Both the position numbers and the translations under genes were made by a program. From positions 1 to 19,344 of the forward strand of contig CAZPUN010000022.1 in NCBI GenBank assembly GCA_964589775.1: a stretch of 19,344 nucleotides of DNA, in the 5' to 3' direction. The notes beneath the pieces were generated by a model. That model was not told the origin of the DNA. It did not search any database and saw only the letters and a list, made by a program, of their open reading frames with translations. The stretch comes from an uncultured archaeon (GTDB taxonomy: Archaea; Asgardarchaeota; Thorarchaeia; Thorarchaeales; CAZPUN01). This document shows positions 1-9,500 of the stretch, one piece after another. How positions within the stretch are numbered: the first letter of the stretch is position 1; every line of letters begins with the position of its first letter.

Positions 1-445
1 TCATATATTTGCCAGCCATAAGTTGAGCCATCTTCGAAGTCATCATAGAGTGTGTTATCGATACTAATATCATCGAAGTACCAGTTACCACGGGCTAGGA
101 ATGCATCGACTGTAGATATGGTAGCGGATGGGAACACAGTACGTACATCATGGAGCAGGTCGAGTTTGACAAGGTTCCAGTTTCCTTGTTCTAGATGTAA
201 TGGCAAGAACAGATATCCATTTGAGTAGTATGGGTTGAAAGTACCGGGTTTGTATGTGAGGTAGAAGCTGCCTGCGGAAGTATCAACACGAATGTAGATG
301 TACCAATAGGAGTCCAGAGGCTTTGCGGCGAATCTGAAATCTACTCGGTCTGAATATTGTGGTCTATGGCCTGCAGGAGTATTGTATGCATGGTCTGAAG
401 CGAACCAGAATCTGAAACCGTTTCCGGTTCCGGAGCTGACAGTTC
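1..445 (-). repeat. Left arm of a long intragenic inverted repeat (pairs with 9741..10185; may extend beyond the window)
   Basis: Position i pairs with 10186-i. There are 14 mismatches in 445 nt and no indels; 1..137 is identical. Confidence 0.98.
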
Positions 446-3400
446 TTAAGGCTCTTGTATTTTCATCGATTGCAACTTGCATTTGAATTGGATAGCTATT
501 GTTTATACCACTAAATAATGTATAACTTGTTGTACCGCTGCCATATGGTAGGTCTGAATATACAAGAGACAGAACACGCTCATTAATTATGAAATCAAAT
601 GATGCAGAAGTTGAAACTGGTATTGCTTTGTATTTATTGGGTGATAATGAATCTGAAATTATATGAGTATTTGATGTTGTGATTACGGGAGCTTCCCAAT
701 CATCAGGGTTGTCTATATAGTAATGCTTTGTGGCAGTTGAAATTAAACCACCGTTATCTATGGCTACTGCATAGAATGTATGCCAGCCATCTTCGAGACC
801 AACGGTCTCTCTTCTCTGATATAGATCCATATGTACTCTCCAGATACCTTTCCATCCGATTTTTCCATCTACCTCGCCCGTTCCTTCAACATTACTTGCA
901 GAACTCGTAAGTTCAATGAATCCATGTGTAGATGATGAGCTATCTGTACTGCTCCATACAATTCCGGATTTATATTGTACTTCAGTTACATTTACGGTTA
1001 TATCAGCTCCATCCTCATTTGATGGTGCAATAATTCTAACGCCGCTCCTAAGTACAAGTTCTCCGTCTACCTCGACAAATTCTGGAGGTTGTATATATGC
1101 TCTAGCAATTCTAATACTATTTCCTGAATACCATGGGCTCCATGTTTCTGAGTCACCATAAACTACTTTTAGAATAGTTCCTGTTGATGATAGGAATGCG
1201 ACAGCAAATTTTGCTGGATCCGGATTTGTAATTTTTATTTTGGCTTGTATTAGATATGTATCTGGTTCGCTATATGAATACGTAAATACTGGTGCTGATG
1301 AACTAAGTATACTCGTTGATGAAACTTGAGCCATTCTTGTCTGTAGAGCATCAGGATCATCTACAAATACATATACATTTGAAACGCGGCTGGTCGTAAT
1401 ACGCTCGCCATCTACTACAGGATATTCATCGAAGGAATATAGATCTAAGGTTGCATTATCTCCGCCTATTGAATATGTTGTATTAGCCCAGACTTGTGTG
1501 GGAACAGAGCCAAGAGTTCCAAGTATAGACGTTGTAATTATTCTACTTATTGGAACGACCTGTATATCTCCATTCTCATCAATTTTGTTTAGCAGTATTG
1601 ATATCGGATCCACGACATTGTTTAAGTATTCGGGACTTGGATCGATGCCTGAATTTGGTGTTATGAACGTGATAAATGGTGGTGTATGATCAAATGCACT
1701 TCCATCTACGATTTCAGCTCCCTCAATCTCATTTAAGCTACTACTGAGAAAGTTCATATTACATGGTATTCGCCATCCGGGAGATGTTTCCCAAAGTACG
1801 TTTGCAATATATGTTGGGTCTGATGTCTTTTTACCTGTAGGTAGATAAAATGCATTTTCACCAGTTTTATCGATTAATGTAAATTCTCCACTCTTTTTGA
1901 AAATTCCGATGTTTATTTCACCCGAAACTTTTGCTTCTGCCTCAATTACAGGCCAGTATACGATATACTTATCAAATACAATTTCATCTGGCCGAAGTAA
2001 TACTCGCCCCTCAAATGTAATACTTAGTTTTACCTGTGCTTCTAAAGTCACCTTAAATATTGAAGTATTGATTTCAATTTCAATCGTAGAAACTGTCAAT
2101 CCAGGTATTGGAATATATTCTGTATTACTAAAGATGAGTTCTAAGCCATCATCGATTTCTGTTGCTATAACCCAAATGGATGCTACGTCCTTAGGACCAA
2201 GTGTTACTGTCGGCAATAATGATTTCAATTTCTTTACTAAAGCTGAAGAGTCTGTATCGTTTTCTTCTTTATAATCTGAAAAGTCAAGCTCAATGTCTGC
2301 ACCAGGCGTAATTTCGATTCCACCATAGAATCGTGTGAAGCCAATTCCTTCGAATCTGGAACTATACCATGCTTCGACAGTTCGTTCGCCATATGGACTG
2401 GGAATCTTGGCATAACCTCGTAGCTTATAAATTGTATCGTCAGGGTTTCCGCTTGTAGATTTGTAAATTATGTTGTTATACCGGCTGTCGATTGTGTTTG
2501 CAGGATTATTATGATCGCTAGCATAATAGTCTAAAAGAATATCAAAGTACAACATGCCTGCAATTTTTACATATAATGTAATAGGTACTCCTTCTACGAC
2601 AATGGTTTTCTTTAGTTTCACCGTGATTTTGATTGCTATCCTCAATACCTTTTCATAAATATCTGCCGGATACCCATCCTCACAAAATGCGCTTTCTTCG
2701 ATTGCAGTTGAAAATTCAAATTTGACAGGACCAATCTTCTTAGAAAAGTGTATCTTATTTATTATTGATTCAATGACGTGCATAACGTCATCTCTAGTTA
2801 TAATTATTTCTGGGGGATCTTCATCTGAGAATAACTGATAGAATAATCTAATTAAAGTATTTAATGGGCCTTCTGTATCATTCAAACGTAGGGTTCCGAT
2901 CACGTGGTCTATATAGTCCTCAACTGCTTGGTAATATGAATTCTTCCAGTGTAAAGCTTGCATTGGCTCTATTGGATTTAATATACGCCCAATAAAATCG
3001 ACATACGTTGAATCTACATAATCTGCAATATGTTCTAATAGTAGGTCTCCTTTATTTGAAACAGTTTTTAGAGCTTCACCCAAGTGAACCGCAGTTGTTA
3101 TTGCACCAGGGAAATAATCTATCTGATCATCGAATCCCTTAATTTCGTAATAGCTGTCCGTAATATAGTTCTTTATTTTGTTAGAACTACATGATAGGAA
3201 TAAATGATATTTTACATTCGTATTTTGTATATCGCTAGCTATTGAATCCCAGGATATTATTGTATTTCCAATTTGAATCCCATCGTCTGAGCCATGAAAT
3301 ACATAGATAAATGCTAGTGAATCACTTGACCAAACAGCAGAATGTGTCATCTCATTGTAATCATCAATGTTAATGACATCATAGTCTATATAATCATCAA

Positions 3401-3575
3401 TTAGACTATCTAATAAAGACACTGCCTTGGTTGATATTTCATCATTTTCAGTAAATATTAATGCAGAGTATTCATAATTTGTCGGCGTAGTGACTAGACT
3501 GTTACTAAAAACAGTCCCAGCCATACTGCCTATGAATAGTGCAAGAAGTATTAGGGACACTCTCTCTTTTCTCAT
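1..3575 (-). CDS. Large secreted multidomain protein A (>=1191 aa, 3'-truncated by the window edge); paralogue of 6575..11032
   Basis: ATG at 3575 follows GGAGGAG (3583-3589, minus strand). Manual translation starts MRKERVSLILLALFIGSMAGT (signal peptide) and is collinear with protein B (YFDILLDYYASDH, GYAKIPSPYGERTVEAW, NAFYLPTGKK, GSAFDHTPP, WSPWYSGNSIR, IDNPDDWEAPVIT). The frame at position 5 equals the start frame, and no stop was found in the segments checked. Confidence 0.95.
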   Translation of the reverse strand, partial: MRKERVSLILLALFIGSMAGTVFSNSLVTTPTNYEYSALIFTENDEISTKAVSLLDSLIDDYIDYDVINIDDYNEMTHSAVWSSDSLAFIYVFHGSDDGIQIGNTIISWDSIASDIQNTNVKYHLFLSCSSNKIKNYITDSYYEIKGFDDQIDYFPGAITTAVHLGEALKTVSNKGDLLLEHIADYVDSTYVDFIGRILNPIEPMQALHWKNSYYQAVEDYIDHVIGTLRLNDTEGPLNTLIRLFYQLFSDEDPPEIIITRDDVMHVIESIINKIHFSKKIGPVKFEFSTAIEESAFCEDGYPADIYEKVLRIAIKITVKLKKTIVVEGVPITLYVKIAGMLYFDILLDYYASDHNNPANTIDSRYNNIIYKSTSGNPDDTIYKLRGYAKIPSPYGERTVEAWYSSRFEGIGFTRFYGGIEITPGADIELDFSDYKEENDTDSSALVKKLKSLLPTVTLGPKDVASIWVIATEIDDGLELIFSNTEYIPIPGLTVSTIEIEINTSIFKVTLEAQVKLSITFEGRVLLRPDEIVFDKYIVYWPVIEAEAKVSGEINIGIFKKSGEFTLIDKTGENAFYLPTGKKTSDPTYIANVLWETSPGWRIPCNMNFLSSSLNEIEGAEIVDGSAFDHTPPFITFITPNSGIDPSPEYLNNVVDPISILLNKIDENGDIQVVPISRIITTSILGTLGSVPTQVWANTTYSIGGDNATLDLYSFDEYPVVDGERITTSRVSNVYVFVDDPDALQTRMAQVSSTSILSSSAPVFTYSYSEPDTYLIQAKIKITNPDPAKFAVAFLSSTGTILKVVYGDSETWSPWYSGNSIRIARAYIQPPEFVEVDGELVLRSGVRIIAPSNEDGADITVNVTEVQYKSGIVWSSTDSSSSTHGFIELTSSASNVEGTGEVDGKIGWKGIWRVHMDLYQRRETVGLEDGWHTFYAVAIDNGGLISTATKHYYIDNPDDWEAPVITTSNTHIISDSLSPNKYKAIPVSTSASFDFIINERVLSLVYSDLPYGSGTTSYTLFSGINNSYPIQMQVAIDENTRALRTVSSGTGNGFRFWFASDHAYNTPAGHRPQYSDRVDFRFAAKPLDSYWYIYIRVDTSAGSFYLTYKPGTFNPYYSNGYLFLPLHLEQGNWNLVKLDLLHDVRTVFPSATISTVDAFLARGNWYFDDISIDNTLYDDFEDGSTYGWQIY

Positions 3576-3619
3576 GACTATGCTCCTCCGGTCATGGTAC
3601 AAAAAATGAAACATTACTT

Positions 3620-3634
3620 ATATATAAATTTTAT
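3620..3634 (-). promoter_or_regulatory. Archaeal BRE/TATA promoter of gene A
   Basis: Minus strand reads ATAAAATTTATATAT, about 45 nt upstream of the ATG. The identical 15-mer lies upstream of gene B. Confidence 0.7.
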
Positions 3635-3933
3635 ATTTTGCTTGAAACAATAAAATAAATTTTTGAGTCACAATATTTTTCGTTATTATAAAAAAAGATA
3701 ATCTGTAATTTTAATTTTTATTATAAATATAAATATATTATTTTATAAAAATGCATCTAGACGCCTTGTAATTGCAAAATACAAAAATGATGTTAGAATT
3801 TCAAAAATAGGCGCTATTTTTATACCAAAATCAATTATTGATGATTTAATTTATCATTTTGTAAAATACAATTTGGTTTATTTTTACAATTATTTTCATT
3901 GTATCTTCAATTATGAACTAAAAAGGTAAAAAA

Positions 3934-5640
3934 TCATTTTTCTACATTTTGATGGCATATTTTTTTGGTTGATATGACTGCAACTATATTTGCAAAACTT
4001 ATGTATTCATACAAGTTACATACTGCCATTGAATAAAATGAATTCTGCTTCTCAATTAGTGAGAATGAGCACTTTAATGAATAGTCTAACAAGTCCCATA
4101 TTTCAATTTTTTCCGGGCTGAGAACAAATAATTGATCATCTTGTATCAAAATGTCCCATATATTACGACTATTCGAATCTATAGCACGAAGAATGTTCAT
4201 ATGGTTGTCAAATATCAAAATGTGACCGTCATAACTACCGACTGCGACATACTTTGAACTGACATCAAGGGCAATCGGGTCATAGATCTCCACATTCTCA
4301 ACGATCTCGCATGATTTATTCAAAACATAGAGACCAGGTTTAGTTATGGCATATATGTGTTTGTCATCCACTCGCATTTTTATTATGTTGTCGAGCGGTT
4401 TGGATTCGGCAGATTTCTTGAGGGTCATCTTATCAAACTTCATAATTCTATACGACCCAACAAAGATGTTTTGTGAATCTACGGCTATCGAATGCAGATT
4501 TACGATATCTGCCTCAAATTTTTTATTATCTCCCAAGTTTCTGTTCCATATGTAGACCTTTCCATCCAATGAAGATGCATAAATGTATTCCGAATCCATA
4601 ACGGCATCTGTGATTATGAGCGAGTGAGCTGCCTCAGTATGTCCAACAGGGGTCCAGCTGCTTTTATCCCAAATTATGATCGAATCTTTCGAAACCGTAT
4701 ATACAACTTTATCATCTGCTAAAATTCGAATGATATAGTCCAAGTTTCCTATCGAGTCTTGAATTCGGTTCCAATCGCTCTTCCGTCGCACGATAAGATC
4801 ATTCAAGCTCAACGAATAGTAAAGATAGTTCTCATCTGCCATGATAGAAATTATATTACCTTCCTTAAATCTTCTATATACAGTAAAGTCTTGTGCATTC
4901 AAGACCGTAAGATCGCTATCTGAACCGATATAGATATAGTCCAAATACGCATTAATTGCATTTATCCATGAATCGGTAATTTTTATTTCATGTTTTATTT
5001 TCCTACTCTTTTTCTCGATAGTATTTAGCATGCCCTTTGATGTTCCTATATATATAAAATCCGATGACTGTGCAAATGCAGTCCATCTGCAATCTGTTGG
5101 AATTTTTATCAGTTCCGGTTTGCGGTCAGGCTCACTCCATACAACAATACCTTCAAAACTGCTTAATGCATATAGAGTAGATCCATCAACCAGAATTTTA
5201 GATATTGATACTGGAGACGTATATCGTGAAACTACATGGTCATCATTAAGATCATAGACGAGAATCTCGTTATTTTTAAGTAGGACATAGAGAAAATGTT
5301 CATTTTGAGATATAGTAATATCAAGAACGCCCTGCTCAGTCTGAATTACGCGTTTATAATCCGAAAAATCCGCTTTATTCCACACGTATATGTTCCCACT
5401 GATTTGTGCAGCATAGATGTTTGTTTTGCCCACAGCTATGGCAGATGAATACATATCTTTAACTTCAAGTGTATGCTGCAGTTTCCACGTTTCTCTATCA
5501 TATGCATAGATTCTATCGGTTGATGCGCAATAAACGAATCTTTCGTCTTGCATAATATATTCGATACCATTTTTTAATGCAGGTGTAGTCAGAAGCAAAG
5601 GTGGCAAATAAGCAGTTGCACTTAATTTCTGTACTGCCAT
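3934..5640 (-). CDS. WD40-like beta-propeller repeat protein (probably a double propeller), cytoplasmic
   Basis: 568-aa ORF with ~40-aa repeats such as YIYASSLDGKVYIWN, YVAVGSYDGHILIFD, IYAAQISGNIYVWN and EKIEIWD. No signal peptide. Confidence 0.88.
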   Translation of the reverse strand: MAVQKLSATAYLPPLLLTTPALKNGIEYIMQDERFVYCASTDRIYAYDRETWKLQHTLEVKDMYSSAIAVGKTNIYAAQISGNIYVWNKADFSDYKRVIQTEQGVLDITISQNEHFLYVLLKNNEILVYDLNDDHVVSRYTSPVSISKILVDGSTLYALSSFEGIVVWSEPDRKPELIKIPTDCRWTAFAQSSDFIYIGTSKGMLNTIEKKSRKIKHEIKITDSWINAINAYLDYIYIGSDSDLTVLNAQDFTVYRRFKEGNIISIMADENYLYYSLSLNDLIVRRKSDWNRIQDSIGNLDYIIRILADDKVVYTVSKDSIIIWDKSSWTPVGHTEAAHSLIITDAVMDSEYIYASSLDGKVYIWNRNLGDNKKFEADIVNLHSIAVDSQNIFVGSYRIMKFDKMTLKKSAESKPLDNIIKMRVDDKHIYAITKPGLYVLNKSCEIVENVEIYDPIALDVSSKYVAVGSYDGHILIFDNHMNILRAIDSNSRNIWDILIQDDQLFVLSPEKIEIWDLLDYSLKCSFSLIEKQNSFYSMAVCNLYEYISFANIVAVISTKKICHQNVEK

Positions 5641-5754
5641 GATACATACTTCCCGATATTTTTCATAATCTCTTTTTATTTATTAGGCTTATCTACATTT
5701 TGATATATATGAAATAAATATATATGAGTATAAACTAAAAGAATATGAACTAAA

Positions 5755-6429
5755 ATGATTCGTGGAGTAATTTTTGATTTTGATGGTACGCTCTCAGACT
5801 CTATTCCAGTCGTCATAGAACTGCTAGATGAAGTGTTTGCAGAATTTGGAATAGATGTAGATGCCAAGAAGGCAGAACCTTTGATTGGAATGGACGCATG
5901 GAAAATCATCGAAGAAATTACCGGTATTCATGACCGAAAAAGAATAGATGATATTGTGCAAAGGTGGGCAAAAAAATATGTTGATGCGGTGCTCGTGGAA
6001 AACCGAATCAAGCTTTTCGATAATGTAAAAAATGTTCTTGAGAAATTAAGAAACATGGGCCTTCGAATTGGAATAAGCACATCGATCATTTCACCAATCG
6101 CAAACAAGTTCATCGAACATTATGGACTCACGAACTATATCGACGCATTGTCCGGCGCAGATGAGGTCGAACGCGGAAAACCTGCCCCAGATATCTTCAT
6201 TAAAACTGCAGATAAATTGAATCTGCCTCCTGAAAATACTATTGTTGTTGGTGATGCAGAATATGATATTCTCGGCGGGAAAGCAATGGGCGCGATCACA
6301 GTCTTGTTCGCGCCGAATAGTACAAAAAATAATACTATAAAACCGGATTTTGAAATTACTAACCTTGATGACTTAATAGATCTCATTAAAAATATGCAAA
6401 AATCGAAAATTAGAATATCTTCAAAATAA
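5755..6429 (+). CDS. HAD-superfamily hydrolase, subfamily IA (phosphoglycolate phosphatase / beta-PGM-like)
   Basis: Motif I IFDFDGTLSD, motif II ISTS, motif III GKPAPD, motif IV VGDAEYD. Confidence 0.95.
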   Translation: MIRGVIFDFDGTLSDSIPVVIELLDEVFAEFGIDVDAKKAEPLIGMDAWKIIEEITGIHDRKRIDDIVQRWAKKYVDAVLVENRIKLFDNVKNVLEKLRNMGLRIGISTSIISPIANKFIEHYGLTNYIDALSGADEVERGKPAPDIFIKTADKLNLPPENTIVVGDAEYDILGGKAMGAITVLFAPNSTKNNTIKPDFEITNLDDLIDLIKNMQKSKIRISSK

Positions 6430-6518
6430 AATATTTCAGAATTTACTCAAATTTTTAATAATGATTTGATAATATTATAAAATAAAAAATAAAATTTTAA
6501 AAAATTTATTTTCTTATA

Positions 6519-6533
6519 ATAAAATTTATATAT
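6519..6533 (+). promoter_or_regulatory. Archaeal BRE/TATA promoter of gene B
   Basis: ATAAAATTTATATAT ends 42 nt before the ATG at 6575. The GAGGAGG ribosome-binding site is at 6561-6567. Confidence 0.7.
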
Positions 6534-6574
6534 TTGATTATTTTTCAGCAAACATACCGCGAGGAGGCGAAGCG

Positions 6575-9500
6575 ATGAAGAAGGAGTATATTAGCTTAGC
6601 TCTGCTCATATTACTTGTAGGTAGTATGGCAGGTACAATGGCTAGTCCTATAATTCCCACTCGTAATTTCAATTCGAGTGTGATTGTATTTGCAGACAAG
6701 AATGATTCAATTGTAAGTAAATCTGTAAATTTGCTTAGTAATTTGTTTGATCAAATAGTAGACTATGAAGTCTATTATGTTGACAGTTTTAGTAGTATGG
6801 TTCAATCCAATGAATGGCATCAGGATGCATTAGCACACATATACATATTTCATAGCAATGAATACAGTATAAGAATAGGATCTTCAACAATTTCATGGAA
6901 GTTCTTCGCTAATGAAATAGAATCCACTGGAGTTAAAAATCACTTTTTCATTGGATGTAATTCGGCAAGGATTACAAAGTACATTACGAATCCCCATATC
7001 CATGTTAAGGGATTCAACGAGACCGTTGATTATTTCCCTGCAACTATATCAACTGCAGCGTATTTTGCAGACATTTACGATAAGGTATCTGAGAATGGTT
7101 TTCGCTTAATGGATAGAATTCAAAAATTCATAAATCGCGAAGATAACTATATGAAATTTGTTCAGAGGATTATTACGCCAAAAGAAGTCATGAAAGCATT
7201 GCACTGGAACAATACATTGTATTATAAGAACAAGACGCTTTTCAATAATTATCTATTAGCTGCTCTTGGTCTTAATACGACAGAAGTAAAGAATTTTGGT
7301 TTATTCCAAATTGTTAATAATGTGTATCACTTTTTGACAAAAGGCAATCTAACAACTTATTTATCAGCTTCAAAGATTGGAAAAATGATAAAAGCGTTCC
7401 TAAAAGGTCTATCTAAAACATTCAAATTAAGCAATACTACAAACCTAAAATTCGGATTTTTAAGCGTAGGCTCAAGGATAAAGACACTTGTATTTTCAGA
7501 TGATTCCTTGCCTATGGATGTTTATGCTAAAATCAAACAATTATATATGACACTTACCGTAAAGATAGCATATCATGGAGAAGTCAATGGAATTCCAATT
7601 ACGGTCTACGTCAAATTTAATTTCTATGTGTACTTCGACATTCTCTTAGATTATTATGCAAGTGATCATTTCCATCCGGATGCTGAAATTACAAGTGCAT
7701 ACAACGGCAGGATGTTCGTATCCAAAACTGGTCAGCCTGATTCTACGATTTACAAGTTAGTCGGTTATGCGAAGGTTCCCAGTCCATACGGTGAACGAAC
7801 TATCGAAGCATGGTTTAGCTCTACACTTAAGGGCGTTGGATTTACTAGATTATATGGCGGTATGGTTTCCATGCCCGGTGCTTCATTTGAGTTTGATCTT
7901 ACAAAATTATCCGGTAGTTCGGACAATAATAATAAGGGTAACTCAACAGGTAGCAAGATCTTGAAATTCCTCAAGAATTTAATACCAAAAGTCAAAGTTA
8001 CCGGTGGAGATATAGTTTCATTATATTTGATGTTTACTGGTACAGATGATGGAGTTAATTTAATGATCTCATTAGTTGAGAACCCCATATCCTTTGGCGC
8101 AGAATTCAAATCATCTCTAAAGACCAATAAAAGTTCTATTGAAGTCCAACTAAATGTTGAAGTCAAACTAAGTATCCCTATGGAAGGCCAGATGAAATTT
8201 AGAAGTGATAAAATAATTCTTGAAAGGCTGGTTACGTATTTTCCGGTAGCTTTCATGAAGCTACATGGCCATATAAAAATTAAATTAGGCAAAAAGGGAT
8301 TGGATAAAAGCTTTACTTTGATTAATCGTACAGGTTCAAATGCATTCTACTTCCCAACAGGCAAAAAAGTATCACCAGATTCATATATTGCAAATGTAGA
8401 GGCCGAATACAATAATGTTTTTCATATTAATCATGGCATAAGATTATTCAAAGTCGAGTATAAACCAGTACCAGATGTAGAAATCATCATGGGTTCAGCA
8501 TTCGATCATTCCCCACCATATGTGACATTTATGACTCCACTTGCTGCTAACGATCCAAGCCTTCACTATGATATCCTTCAAAATATCATTCAAAATATAT
8601 CACTATTTCAAATCAAAAAAGGAAAGGCAAAGTACATTCCATTAGGTGACTATGTTTCTTCAAATCTATTAAGCTCCGGAACTCTGCAGGCGTTTGTATT
8701 TATGAATAAGACCACGAAGATATCCGGAGATAATGCAACACTAAGAATTTATACATTTGATGAGCATCCTAAAGTAAATGGCGTCTGGATCATGAATAAT
8801 AAAGTGTCAAAAGTGTTTATTACAGTAGATGACGAAAATGCATTTCTATCCAATACGACCGAGGTTTCTGTTCAAAGAACATTAACAGCAACTAATCCAA
8901 CATATCAATACACATTCAGCAGACCTAAAATGTATTTGATGCGCGCAAAGATTAAAGTTGAAAATCCAGATCCAGATAAATTCTTCCTGGTCTTCTTGGA
9001 CAATTCCGGACATGTCTTAAGAATGGTTCGTATTGAAAATGGTGAAATATGGACACCATGGTATTCTGGAAATACAATTAGATTTGCTAGAGGGTACTTT
9101 TCAATAAATCCGAAGTTCATAAATGTTGATGGTGAAATTGTTAGTACAGGTGGACTTCAATTTGAAATACCTTCGACAAGACCAGGAGCCTCAATTTCGA
9201 TTAAAATCCTGAAGATTGAATACAAAGCAGGAATTGTATGGAGCAGTACAGACAGCTCATCATCATCACATGGTTATATTAAGCTTAAATATTCATACAG
9301 AAACACTACTGGAAATGGTGCTGTTGCAGATAAAGTGGGATGGAAAGGCATTTGGTATGCATATGTAGACTTATATCAGAGAAAATTACAAGGACTTGAA
9401 AACGGCTGGCACACATTTTATGTATTTGCAGTTGATAATGCAGGATATACTTCTAAGGATGAAAAAGTATTTCTAATTGACAACCCTGATGATTGGGAAG

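Noticed and set aside
1-445. Diversity-generating retroelement template/variable repeat pair with 9741..10185
   Set aside because: Mismatches are not adenine-specific (many are C/T and synonymous), both copies are coding, and no reverse transcriptase is present.
1-445. Pure assembly artefact (same reads placed twice)
   Set aside because: The arms differ at 14 codon-sensible positions and each joins its own gene in frame. It is not fully excluded for the identical 1..137 stretch without reads.
728-2274. Short plus-strand ORFs (728, 916, 1498, 1897) in the ORF track
   Set aside because: They are antisense shadows of gene A on the minus strand.
3640-3933. CRISPR array, RNA gene or structured element in the AT-rich intergenic regions (also 11033-11471 and 19079-19344)
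   Set aside because: No regularly spaced repeats and no GC-rich stems. Short matches such as TTGYAAAATACAA and TTGTAAAA/TTTTACAA are expected at this AT content.
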